DNA from: Eledone cirrhosa
Lineage: Eukaryota
Assembly (NCBI GenBank): GCA_964016885.1
Contig: OZ024741.1
Span: forward strand, 93,744,001-93,808,000
Length of the DNA: 64,000 nucleotides
Reading direction: 5' to 3'
Shown here: positions 51,713 through 64,000 of the stretch, one piece after another
How the letters are laid out: the number at the start of each line of letters is the position of its first letter
Position numbering within the stretch: the first letter of the stretch is position 1
Notes under the pieces: model-generated
Database searches by the model: none
What the model was told of the DNA's origin: nothing
The model's input: only the letters and a program-made list of their open reading frames with translations
Made by a program: the position numbers and the translations under genes

Positions 51713-53154
51713 GAATACACATACAAATCTATCTCTCTCTCTTCTTGGTTAAGTTGGCTAAGCTATTGTGCATTGTGATTTTATTTGTTATTTTTTTGAA
51801 GCACATTGGTTTGTAGCATATTTTGGGCTTTATTTGCGTAATTTGTGGAAAGGCAGAATTTGTCCTATGTCTCCCTATTTTGTTCTGTTACTGTCCCATG
51901 TGCACTGGAATGAATAGTCTTAACTTTAATACATCAAAACTACAAGGATTTCCAGAAGTTGACTGAAGAGAAGGGCATGTCCACTATTCTGTTGACTTTG
52001 TCTTGCACACTCTCCTTTTTTGATTCCTATTTCATATGGTCTTCACCATGTGGATTTCTTTTTTTAACACACACAAATAGATTCCATGGGAAAACATTTT
52101 TAATCAATTCAGATCTTCCTTACAATCTAAAAACCAAAACTCCCTTTAGGGGTGTTCAGATAATGAAAAGCAAGCAATGGAGAGAATTTCTATAGTCTGA
52201 GCTGAAGCATGCTTTGTAACAATTTAAGACAATGCAGTCTATATGAAGTATTGTGAAATAGACTTAAAAGTGTATTAGAAATTCACTACAATGTAAATTG
52301 GAAATAAATTAGTGAAATAAAAGCAAAATAAAATCAAAAGTTTACACTTTTTGCTTATATTACAATAATTTGATTTTAAAAAAGCTCTTATCAATAGAAT
52401 ATTGAGAATGAACCTAGCTCTGTTTTACCCAGATCAAATTATATTCTTTTTGTTCATAGGCCCCCTCTGGTAATGAATAACCATTGGTTTTGCAGCTAGA
52501 AAGTTCCCTTCTGAGGCACAAGCCTATGCAAGGTGGTGTTTTGTTTTGTGTATGAAAGACCAGCAGTGGCCCATGTATACCAGTCTCTCCTCTCCATGCC
52601 ACCAATGTTGTTCAAGAGAATGACAAAGGCCAATACAAATTGGCACCTGTGATGTTGCAACTCAATTTTTCCAGCTGATTGAACTGGAGCAATGTGAAAT
52701 ATAGTGTCTTGTGCAAGAACACAATGGACTGCCCAGTCTGGAAATTGAACTCACAACCTCACAGTTGTGAGCCCAACACTTTAACTTCTAAGTCACACAC
52801 CTTCACAATATTATATTAGCCAAGTAATATCATGCAACTAAAAATGCGTGTGCATGGAGGGAGGAATATCTGGCGAATTTCAGGAAGCATGACAGTTATG
52901 AAGGATGCAGTGTCCCAACAGCTAACAACTGATGTATGTAGTTTGTTCTATACTTCAGCAACTCTGAGCATGAAAAAAAGTCATGGGAGCTGTACTGCTT
53001 TCTGATTTTGTAAGCATGTCTACATGTGTTAGACACATGGAATTCAAAAAGGTACCCAGGGTTGTTGTTGGAAAGATGGTTAATAATCTTATAATATAAT
53101 GAAATTATTGTGTAAAGTGCTCAAGTGCACTACAATTTGTCAAAGGTGCATGTA

Positions 53155-54457
53155 TGAGGGGTGATCAAAAAGTTCGCGGAATTTTATCGTAGTAAGAAAA
53201 AAATAGGTTAAAACAATATTAAACATGTCAGAACATTGTCACTGGGTGTTTACCTTGCTATTAGTCACTTGCAGTCAGTTATGCGCAGACTATTTTACAG
53301 TACTGACACTCTTTAAAAAACCTCTTTTTGGAACAATGGAAAATAGTTATTTTGAGATAAGATCGAATATCAAGTTTCTGGTGAAACTCAAATGGAAAGG
53401 GACACAGATTATGGAGGCCTTAGTTAAAGTTTACGGTACTACTGCTCCAAAGAAAACTGCTGTCTACAAGTGGATTCAGCGATTCAAACAAGGGAGAGAC
53501 GACCTTGAAGACGACCATCGCAGTGGAAGACTAGGAACATCAAAAAATGACCAAAACGTTGAGGCTGCTCAGACTTTAATTGAAGAAGATCGAAGAATAA
53601 CAGTTAATCAGTTAGCTAAGTCCCTAGACATTTCATATGGTTTGGCAAATTCAATTCTGCACGATAATTTGGGACTAAGCAAGCTTTCAGCGCGATGGGT
53701 CCCAAAACCGTTGCGTCCTGATCAGCTGATTCTTCGAAGTGATCTGTCTTTGGCGATATTAAACAAAATTGAAGTTGATGAAGAGCATTTCCTGACCAGA
53801 ATAATCACCGGAGATGAAACCTGGATCTACCAGTATGATCCTGAATCCAAACAGCAGTCAAAACAGTGGCTTCCACGTGGATCATCGGGGCCAATCAAGT
53901 TCAAATCTCAAAAGTCGGATCAAAAAGTGATGGCCACCATTTTCTGGGATTCAGATGGGGTGATACTATAGATTATCTTGAAGGTCAAAGAACTGTGACA
54001 GGAGCTTACTATGCAAATGTTTTAAGGAAGCTGAAAGAGGCATTAGTCAAGAAACGAAAAGGGAAACTTCATGGTGGGATCTTGTTTGACCATGACAATG
54101 CACCAGCGCATTCTGCGCGGGTTGCAAAAGAAGTTCTTCGAGAATTTCGATGGGAAGTGCTTCCTCACCCGCCTTATAGTCCAGATTTAGCCCCATCAGA
54201 CTTTTTCCTCTTTCCAAAACTCAAAAAAATGCTAAAAGGAACCCGTTTTAGTGGTGTTGAAGAAGCTAAAAACACTGCCAACACAAGGCTTTCAACTTTC
54301 TTTAGAGACGGCTTATGAAGCTGGAAGCATCGCCTTGTGAAGTGTATTGACCTGGATGGCAACTATGTAGAAAAATAAATTGAAGGTAAATCATATTTTA
54401 AAAAAAATAGAATATTTTATGAAAAATTCCGCGAACTTTTTGATCCCCCCCTCCTCG
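53155..54457 (+). mobile_element. Near full-length mariner (DD34D) transposon with TA TSD
   Basis: TIRs (T)GAGGGGTGATCAAAAAGTTCGCGGAATTTT / AAAATTCCGCGAACTTTTTGATC..CCTCG; TA duplicated relative to the empty site CATGTATAGTAC seen at ~38596 and ~57272. Confidence 0.92.
53336..54378 (+). pseudogene. Mariner transposase pseudogene
   Basis: MENSYFEIRSNIKF.., WVPKPL, ITGDETW, HDNAPAH, YSPDLAPSDF; frameshift at ~53968 and disruption near 54300-54318. Confidence 0.88.
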
Positions 54458-55879
54458 TATAGTACATAGAATAATACACAAATGTCAGGGAAGTGAATAG
54501 TGTATGAGTCATGATATACATGTGTGTATGTGTATGGAGGGGGAACATTAGGTGTAGTGTTGACGAATCTCGGGAAGCATGGAGGCCTTAAAGGATGCAG
54601 TGTCTCGACAGCTAACAACCGATGCAGGTAGTTTGTTTCATGCTTCAGCAACTCTGAGCGTGAAAAAATGTTTCCGAAAGTCATGGGAACTGTACTCTTT
54701 TCTGACTTTGTGGGCATGCCCACATGTGTTAGACACATGGAAATCAAAAAGGTACTCAGGGCTGTTGTTGGCAAGATGGTTAACAATCTTGTGGGTGTCT
54801 ATCAAGTCAGTTGCCAGATGTCAGAGCTTTAATGTATCCATGCCCAGAGAAGCAAGGCATTCAGAGTATGGTAGATGCCTGATGGAGGGTATTTGTTTGA
54901 TTGCACGTCTCTGCTCAGTTTCCAGAAGATCAGTATTCTGAGCAAGATAGGGGTTCCAGACTGGTGATGCAAATTCTAAGTGTGGATGCTCCATAGCTAT
55001 ATACAGCTTTAAATAGATAGCTGGAGAGCAGCTGACAAAGGTCTTACTGAGTGATACTAAGACACCCTTGGCCTCCTTGACAATTTTAGAGATGTGCTTT
55101 GTCCAATGCAAATTGCTGCTGACAGTAATGCCCACGTCACATTCACAAGAAAACTTCTTGAGATTGGTGTTGTGGAGGGAGTATGTGAAAGCTTGGTTTT
55201 TCCTCCAAAAATGCATGGTGGTACACTTGTCCACAGCCAGCTTGAGTTGCCAGCCTGTAATCTATTGCTGCATTATGTCCAGGTCTGATTGCAGGAAAGA
55301 TCTATAGCGTACAGGATCTGTCCATTTTATCTCAAGGTACAGCTTGATGTCATCTGCCTATTTCAGCAGTGTGACATTCTTCTGTGTATAATTCTTTATC
55401 AACTTTACATAGGGGTGAGAGGGCATTCATGAAATATATTCTCTAAAAGCGGGTGATAGTTTCCCAAATGTTTGGGAAACTTTTCTTTTAATTCTTTCAT
55501 TACTGTATTTCTAATGAAATACTTTGTATTTTAATTAATTAATGAAGATTTTGGAAAAGATTTACTAAAATCAAAATTTCATTAACATGTTATTTATAAC
55601 ATAACAAAATGTTCTTATATGAAATAATATTGAAAAGTTATTATTTTAAGTAGGAACCCTCTAAAATGAGTGGTTTTGTTTCATAGAAGCACAGGCAGTT
55701 TTAGGTGGGTTGGTATCAAAAGAGTTAACATGACTAATCAGAAACTTAGTTGTCCTGAATTCAAAATTTGCCAAAGAGAACTTTACCTTTCTATTTGCCC
55801 TAGGTTAATAAAATGAATACAGGCTGATAATATCAAGGATAAACACACAAATATATGTATTTGTGTATGTGGACAGAGA

Positions 55880-56900
55880 GACACTGTTGAAGCTGCTGAT
55901 GCACTATCGAGTGCCTAGGAAGATTATCTCCCTCATCTAGTGCACTTACCAAAACATAAGCTGTAAGATCGCCCATGACAGCCAACTGTCAGAGAGTCTT
56001 GAGGTGAAGACTAGAATTTATCAGGGGTGCTTGCTGTCACCATTCCACTTCCTCCTGGTCATTGACTGGATAATGAAAACCACTACAACAGACAGGAAGA
56101 ATGGTATATACTGGACACCCTGGACACAACTCGATGACCTCGATTTTGATGATGACCTGGTACTCTTGTCACACAGTTACGACCAGATACAGGACAAGAC
56201 CTAATGCTTGGAGACCACATCAGCTGAGACAGGGCTGAAGATAAACAAGAAAAAAACTGAGCTGATGAAGATCAATACCACTGTAAACACACCAATCACA
56301 GTCGGTGGAGAGCCCACCAGAGAGGTGTAGTCATTTGTCTACCTAGGAAGTGTGGTTGATCGACGTGAGGGAAACTGACCGAGATGTCACAGTCAGGATT
56401 GGCAAGGCAAGAGAAGCTTTCATGCTAAAGAATGTCTGGGCATCAAAAGAGATCTACCCAAGAACTAAACTTCGCATCTTTGACTCCAACGTGAAGGCAG
56501 TACTGCTGTACAGATGTGAAACTTGGAGGACAACAAAGAAGATCCAGACATTCTTCAACCCCTGTCTGAGGTGCATCTACAACATCAAATGGTGGGAGAT
56601 CAGAAAGGAAGATCTCTGGGAGCAAGTGGAACAGGAACCAGTGGCAAAGCAGATTCTGCGGAGGAAGTGGACATACCCTCAGGAAACCAGCATCCAACAC
56701 CATAAGCCAAGCTCTGACCTGGAGCCCACAGGGTAAGATGAAGAGAGGTCAGCCCTATGGCAGTTGGAGGCATGACACTGAGGCTGAATAAGAAAACTGG
56801 AAGTCAACTGGAGTGGTGAGAAGAGCAGCCCAGGATTGTGTACAATGACGGAGGGTCATCAATAGCCTATGCTCCACAGAGAGGGATGAGGTTGAATGAA
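55880..56900 (+). mobile_element. Decayed RTE-clade LINE RT/3' fragment (different family from 46.7 kb)
   Basis: 'QGCLLSPFHFLLVIDWIM..LDDLDFDDDLVLLSH', 'VRIGKAREAF..TKLRIFDSNVKAVLLYRCETW'. Confidence 0.8.
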
Positions 56901-57063
56901 TACACAAACATACAGAGTCTTGCAGTTCAAATATGGTGAGAACAAACTTCAATAATCTGAGGCTATCCTTGCAATTTCAATACCAAAACTCCCTCTATCC
57001 ATGTTCAGGTGATGGGAAGCAAGCAAGAGAGAAAACTCTTGTAGCCTGAACTGTTCCAAGCCT

Positions 57064-57651
57064 TTAACACTTTAGCATTTAAACAGGCCATATCTGGCCA
57101 GAATTCTCTCACCTCTTTCTGTTCAAACTGGTTGTGACTGGCTGCTCATACCAACGTTAATGTATTGTTCTCAAAATAAATATCAAAATCTTGTAAATTT
57201 GATATTATAATAATAATAATAATGAAATTATTGTGTACAGTGCTCAGGTGCACTACAACTCATCAAAGGTGCATGTATAGTACATAGAATAATGTACAAA
57301 TGTCAGGAAAATAAACAGTGTATGAGTCATGATATAATAACAATAACAATAATGAAATATTGTGTACAGTGCCCAGGTGCACCACAACTCATCAAAAAAG
57401 TGCATGTACAGTACATAGGGCAATGCACAAACATCAGTAAAATGAACAGTGCACGAGTCATGATACACACATGTGTGCATGTGTATGGAAGGGGTACATC
57501 AGGTGTAGTTTTGGCGTATTTCGGGAAGCATGAGTGTCTTAAAGGATGCAGTGTCTCGGCAGCTAACAATTGACGCAGGCAGTGTGAAATAAAACCTTTT
57601 ATGTGAAAATATAATAGTAAATACAGAGTAATGTGAATGCTGAAGGGTTAA
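57064..57651 (-). mobile_element. TTAA MITE family 1 interrupted by duplicated CR1/L2 3' ends
   Basis: TTAACACTTTAGCATTTA ... AATGCTGAAGGGTTAA ends; LINE termini inserted at ~57210-57580. Confidence 0.7.
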
Positions 57652-59243
57652 GCCAGCCTGGTGAAAGCAACACTCATGTTTTGATCATGTATTGTCTTTC
57701 CAACTGAATACACTTTTAAATGAATTATATTTCACTGCTTTTGCTTAGGTCAGTATCAAACTATTTTCAAAATACATTATATCTATGAAAAATATAATTA
57801 GATATATATGAGCATTAAAAAAAAACTAATTATAAATAATTATACAGTGAGAAAAACACAATATTAAACATTTACTAATATTTTAATTAATAAAAAATGT
57901 TAGTCATTAGCTAATTTTGTCTTGACCTCACTATAATTATTTATAATTATTTTTTTAGTGATCATTGCAATAAATATATTAACACTAACTTAGCTATTGT
58001 TTTTCATGGAGATGGTATGTTTAAGGTATTTAATAATGATAATAATAATGAAAATTATTGTGTACAGTGCTCAGGTGCACTACAACTCATCGAAGGTGCT
58101 TGTATACTACATAGAATGATGTACAAATGTCAGGAAAGTGAACAGTGTATGAGTCATGATATACACACAGACACGCACACACATGCGTGGAGGAAGAATA
58201 TCAGGTGTAGTGTTGGCGAATTTCAGGAAGCATGGAAGTTTTGAAGGATGCAGTGTCCTGAAAGCTATCAACTGATGCAGGTAGTTTGATCCATGCTTCA
58301 GCAACTCTGAGCATGAAAAAATGTTTCCGAAAGTCATGGGAGCTGTACTGTTTTCTGATTTTGTAAGCATGTCCACGGGTGTTAGACACATGAAATTCAA
58401 AAAGGTGCTCAGGGTTGTTGTTGGCAAGATGGCTAATAATTTTGTGGTTGTCTACCAAGTCATCTGCCAGATATCTCTTGTGCAATATCTTACATCAATT
58501 CAGTGATTCTTTCACCACTACTTCAACAAGTGTGATGAGGTCTATCCTCCACAGTTATATTATGACTGAAATAAGTTCAAAGTTGTCTCCTGTATTGGCT
58601 GGAATAATTATAATAATAGTTTCTGATTTAGGCACAAGGCCAACAATTTGGGGGGGAGGAAAAGTCAATTAAATCGACCCCAGTGTGTTACTGGTACTTT
58701 ATTTTATTGACCCTGTAAGGATGAAAGGCAAAGCTAAGCTCAGTGGAATTTGAACTAAGAACATAAAGGGACAGAACTATATGCTGCAAAGCATGTTGTT
58801 GTTGGAATAATTATAATAATATTAGTCATTAATTCATATTGTCTTTTCTTTGCCTCATAATTATTTCTAATCAGTTTTTAATGACCATTGCATTAAATAT
58901 TTTAACATTAACTTAAATAGTTTCAAATCAGTTAGTTGTTATTTTAAAATTTCATTTTATTCTGATTTCAGCAAGTCATAATGCATTTTATAATCAGTTC
59001 ATATAGATAGATAAGAGTAGAAGGTTTTCCTACCAACAGAAATTGATAAAAGATTACAGCACTTCTGTAACTCTGGTTCAATTTTCATTACATAGGAAAC
59101 CTGTATCATCACTGAAGTTCATGTCGGTTTTAAAGATATTTCCAATAAATATGGTAAAAAATTCTGATTTTATTGGAGTTATCTCTCTTGTTTTTAGATT
59201 TTAGACACCACCAGAAGGTGTGTTTTCTACTCATCCCTTAGAT

Positions 59244-59556
59244 CAGGAGCATGCAACAGGCCCGCGGGTCACAATCCAGCCCACCAGACCAGTCACAGTG
59301 GCCCATGATGATCGTTTTTAATTTTTACCTTGTAGGCTTATTTAGAATTTTTTTCGTAACTGTAATACAATTTTCTGTTAGTTGACCTCTACGAAAGGGC
59401 TTCACTGATAGGGTTATGTGTGTTATAATTTCCCAGTTCCATGTTATGGAAAGAAGTTGTGAATCTTTGGAATAGTGCTTAATAAATATTAATGGCCTTA
59501 ATAGTTGTTTCAACGTTCAAAAGTAGCCCACCAATGGAATATGTTGCACACCCCTG
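59244..59556. mobile_element. hAT non-autonomous element with perfect 8-bp TSD
   Basis: CCTTAGAT at 59236-59243 and 59557-59564; TIR CAGGAGCATGCAAC / GTTGCACACCCCTG. Confidence 0.85.
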
Positions 59557-60269
59557 CCTTAGATAATCTTGTCATAATTATATTATCATTACCATTTTAT
59601 ATCTATTTTCCATGCTTGCATGGGTTAGACAGGTTATTACATTCTAAGATTAGATAGGTCAGATGATTACAGTTTTCTCATGTTTCACTTTGGCATGGTT
59701 TGTACTCCTGGATGTCCTACCTAATGTCGACCACTTTACAGAATGTACTGGGTGCATTTTATTGTGGCCCTAGCACTACTACCTTACAATGTGGACTGGG
59801 TGCTTTTTATTATGGCACCAGCACTACCACTTTGCAATGTGGGCTCGATGCATTTTATCATAGCACTATTACTACCATTTTACACCACTAAGGTGCTCCT
59901 TGTGTCCTTGGTCAGGCTTGGAAAGGCAGTGATGGGGGTGGGAGTGTAAGATAAGAGCAAGGAGGGGTGGCCTTGAAGAGAGTGAGTGATGTGAGCCAGT
60001 GTATTGTGGAGTGCACCTGTCTTAACATGCTGGCATGGGTTGGGTGAGGAATAGGGAATCAAGGAAGGGAGTAGGGTTGCAGATTAAGATGTGGGAGAGG
60101 GGAAATCAAGTATGTGAGTAGTGAAAGACCTATGCATAGGATTTAGATAGTGAGAGACAGTGGGGTAATCAAGAACTCAAAGGTTGAAGGAGAAAACTAA
60201 GGTGGGGGAAGGTAGACTGAGGGATTGAAAGGGAGTGGGAGTCATATTAACAGAAACAAAACAAATTAA

Positions 60270-61250
60270 TATCATTACACCTCTCTGCTTCTTCACTACC
60301 ACCTTTCTCATGCTCATTTCATGTAGCTCACAAGGCAAGATGAGTATTTTGTAGTACATCAAATCATCATTCAACTGAATCCTGTGGATTAGATTCAACT
60401 TTGTGAGCTCAACCTTCACCACATCATCCCAAAATTTCCTAGGTCATCCTCTTTCACATGTTCCATTGATTTTGTGTGCCCTCCACTTCTTTATGCAGCT
60501 GGCATCCTTCATGTCCACCTTATATCCATACCAGCACAGTCTTCTCTTTTGTATACTCTAACTGATCCCTCTTTTGCTTAGCTTTTCTTTCAGTTCATTA
60601 ATACTTCATTACTTTTTCAAATCTTCACTGATCCTCTGCATTTAAAGCTTAAATCTCGCTTCCATGCAGTATTGCAGTTCTCCCACAAGCCACATAAAAT
60701 CTGTGTTTAGTCCTTCATAGCCAGCAGAGCTACTGTACATTCAGACCATCCACCCCCACTACTGATTAAATCACCTAGGTAACGGAAGCTGTCAATTATT
60801 TCCAGGAAGCCACCCGAATATTTGATAGTAACTGTTTCATGTAGACTCTTGCTGCTTACTGCACTTATGCATCTGCCACATACAATGTCTACATTCTTTG
60901 TTAATCTCCCAAGATACTGCTACATCTCTTGTGTATCTGTAGTCTACATTTTGTGCACTGTATGGAATTTCTACCAACTCCTTTTTTTATATATTGAGCA
61001 TGGCCATTTCTCTGATGGGATCAGAGCCCTGAAATCTCTCCCATTTACTAGGACGTATGTATTTGCTAAGCTGACTTTTAGGTCTTCTGAGTCGAGATTT
61101 TGCTTCCAAATAGTGTGGAATTTCTGAAGATTCAGCTTTGAGGTTATCGGCATATAGGAGTTCTCATAGACAGCAAGTCTTAAACACCTCTCATATGGCT
61201 TTAAGGTCTATAATAAACAGAAGAGAGCTGAAGACAGAGCCCTGATAAAC
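60270..61250 (-). mobile_element. RTE LINE RT/3' fragment with PHD-like insert
   Basis: Minus strand 'YQGSVFSSLLF', 'NSIQCTKC..HKRCS..VCGRC', 'FRYLGD', 'RRLCWYG'. Confidence 0.7.
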
Positions 61251-62099
61251 ATCTCAGGATGGATTTTTGCTTGGATGTATATCATCATAATCACCGTTTA
61301 ATATCCCTTTTCTATGCTACATGGGTTAGACAAGTTATTTCGTTGTGAGACAAGTCAGATCAGGCGACCATGTCTTGTTCATACAGAATTGTTTCTGGCT
61401 TGGTTTCAACAGCTGGATGCCCTTCTTAACATCAACCACACATACAGTGTGGACTGGCTGCTTTTTATCGTGGCACCAAAACGACCAACTGACATATGTA
61501 TTAAAAGTGGGTATGTCTTGGAAGCTGCTTTAATACAGGTGAGGTTGTAAATATTTACAGAGAGGGCTTTTCTGATAACACAAGGACCAACAACTTCTTA
61601 GTTAGTACCACGAAAATACACTTGGTACACTCTGTAAGGTCGTTGGTGACATGAAGGGCACCCCCGCTGTAGAAAACAGGTTTGAAAAGAGTTGAGAAGA
61701 CCCTTCAGTTGTGTCACAACAACCTCTCTGATGCTGGTGATTTAAATGATAAACATACTCGGTACATGCCGTATAGTGTTTGGTGATAGGAAGGGCATCC
61801 AGCTGTAGAAATCTTGCCAAACAAAGGGTTAGGAGGACCCTTCAGTCATGTCAAGGACATAACAGTCCCTCTAGTGTTGGTGATCTACATGATAAACACA
61901 CCCTGTACAAGCTGTAAAGGGTTGGGAGGACCCATTAGATGTATCAAAGACATAACAATCTCTCTTGTGCTGGTGAACTCGAGAGAACATGGGACCATAT
62001 GTAAGTGAGATGCAGATGCCTGGTGTGTCTGAGATGATAGTAGCTCCATTTCAGTACTGATTTGGTCTGTGAAGACCCATCCAACCCTTGCTAGCAGGA

Positions 62100-62920
62100 T
62101 GTTGGTTGGGTCCAAGGATGGTGGTAGCATTGTGGATGTACAGGCAAATAGGTGGAAGCAAATCTTGGGTACACAAGAGAGGTAGTTGGATAATGGGTAG
62201 ACTAACAGGAAGGGAAAACTTTATTTGTAGAAGATGTCCAGGGGTAACCAAGGGGAAGATAGCCAGTGATGTAAATCTATTCCAGGAAGGATTCATAGAA
62301 GTGGTTGATAGCTTATGCTTGCTAGGCTATGTAATTAGCAATGGAGGATGGTGCTCTGAAAGCATAAAAGCTCAAATAAAGATAGGATCGAAAAAGTTCA
62401 GAGAGCTACTCCCACTGATGACCACAAAAGGTTTCTCCCTAGATACAAAAGGACGACTGTATCATGTCTGTGTGTGAAGTGTGATGCTGCATGGTAGAGG
62501 AACAAGAGTTGTGACTGTAGAGGACATACATAGACTGGAGAGAAATGAAACAACCATGCTTCATTGGCTGCACAATGTAAGTGTGAGAGAAAGGCAGAGG
62601 TTGGACGAATTGAGGGAGAAGCTAGTTTTAAGAGGAATCTGACGTGTGCAGGAGAGAAGACTGCGTTGGTTTGGACATGTGATGCGCATGGACAATGATC
62701 GTTGGGTGAAGAAGTGCCAGGAAATGCCAGGGGAAGGAAGCTGTGGTAGAGGTAGATGAAGAAAAACCCGGGCTGGGGTTGTGAGAGCTGACCTTAAATC
62801 ACTGAGACTCAAAGAGGTGATGACAAAGGATCGTGGAATGTGGAGAGATGCTGTGGTGAGAAGGACCTATCCAACCCATGCAAGCCCTGAAAAGCGAACG
62901 TAAAAACGATGATGATGATG
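62100..62920 (+). mobile_element. RTE LINE 3' fragment with (GAT)n tail
   Basis: 'WVHKRGS..FICRRC..KKFRELLPLMTTKGFSL..KGRLY', 'RRLRWFGHVMRM'; tail AAAC(GAT)n at ~62905. Confidence 0.75.
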
Positions 62921-63679
62921 AAGAAATGGGTGAAGTGATGTCAAGAACTGAGAGGAAAGAGTCTACATACTCGATAAAAGTGATGAGTTGACACGGATGC
63001 AATCATTGCTGTATTTGCCGAGGTATAGTCGATTAGACCGAATCTAGTTCTTGGATTTATTTTGATGAAAGGCAAATAGACCTCGGCGTTTATTGAACTC
63101 ATAATAAATTATAACACACGCACAACAAATAAAGAAATCATTATATTTAATTGATACTGATGGGATAAATAGTACAAATAAAATAAGCTTAGATAGATTT
63201 TAACCCAGAATATAAGATTATGTAACTGAATACCACTAGACATTATAGAGTTTAATTTCGTACATCTGGGTTCAAATTCTGCCAGGGGACGATAAAACAG
63301 ATAACAAGCATGAACCTGATTGATTTGATTGATCACACCTCTCCCTCACACACTATTGACTTTGTGTCAATACAAGAAAACCTTAGATTTTTGTTGATTT
63401 GCTTCATCATTGGTGTATGGCCAGAGAGGTGATAGTGTAAAAGCAATACGTCAATGAGTTTTCATTAGTCATCGTTCCACTTTATCAGTCATGTTACTGG
63501 TCATTTAATCATACTACTGACACATATATTTCAGTTGAAATGACATGTTACAATACAATATTGCAAAAAAAAAAAAATTTTTGTGTCTTATCTTAACGTG
63601 TTTTTCTTTTAGTTCACAAAAAGGTCTCAAATCTAAATATTGCGTAATCAGCAAGAGGTGAACATATGCTTGTAAATGT

Positions 63680-63695
63680 TTATATATATATATAT

Positions 63696-63752
<57 letters not shown>

Positions 63753-63760
63753 CACATACA
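63680..63760. repeat. Compound (TA)n/(CA)n microsatellite
   Basis: Seen directly. Confidence 0.9.
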
Positions 63761-64000
63761 TTAATTTTATTGCAGTTTATGATCAGCGGAAACCAAGAGC
63801 GAAACTCTGAATAGCAACAGAGAGTAATCTCAATAATATATATATATATTTATTTACATTGATAAGATTATCACTAATATATGACTTTACTCTTTTTAGT
63901 ATTTAAAACGGTCAATGTCATGTTTTCGGTAAAGTCTGTAAAGGTTAAGTCAAAATAGAGAGGCTGCTATTGGCTTGAAACTACCATAGCAGGAGAAGCT

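Larger units (their letters stand above)
53091..55380 (-). mobile_element. CR1/L2-type LINE 3' portion hosting the mariner (further fragments ~52845-53090, ~57210-57580, ~58030-58470)
   Basis: Minus strand 'ADDIKLY', 'DKCTTMHF', 'PHLEFASPVWNPY', 'TRGHAYKI' (58.3 kb copy); (ATT)n terminus. Confidence 0.8.

Noticed and set aside
53225-53335. N-terminal extension of the mariner ORF resembling a signal peptide (possible fusion or domestication)
   Set aside because: It lies within the element's own 5' region, and the transposase is frameshifted.

Overview
AT-rich animal genomic DNA, most likely from an octopod cephalopod (inferred from the SINE/LINE repertoire and microsatellite load). Two protein-coding genes are supported. 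(1) A + strand gene reconstructed by hand from six phase-consistent GT-AG exons (ATG ~19716 to ~31434). It encodes a ~1378-aa type II membrane protein: short cytoplasmic N-terminus, one TM helix, an SEA-like domain, then a single 3.4-kb exon encoding a Ser/Thr/Asn-rich mucin-like region. It may continue by splicing at 31426. (2) An intact RIOK1 kinase gene with an intronless CDS on the - strand (41653-43281). Most of the rest is transposon-derived. A 4-12.7 kb cluster holds an R2-clade retrotransposon outside rDNA with its 3' ~650 bp inverted in place, plus two decayed Gypsy-type LTR elements. There are also many RTE and CR1/L2 LINE fragments, a strongly strand-biased tRNA-derived SINE family, a near-complete mariner, hAT and TTAA MITEs (one inverted pair closely flanks an SEA exon), a foldback element, and a minimal Penelope-type hammerhead ribozyme motif. 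No rRNA, true tRNA or CRISPR array was found. All calls were made by eye, so repeat boundaries are approximate.
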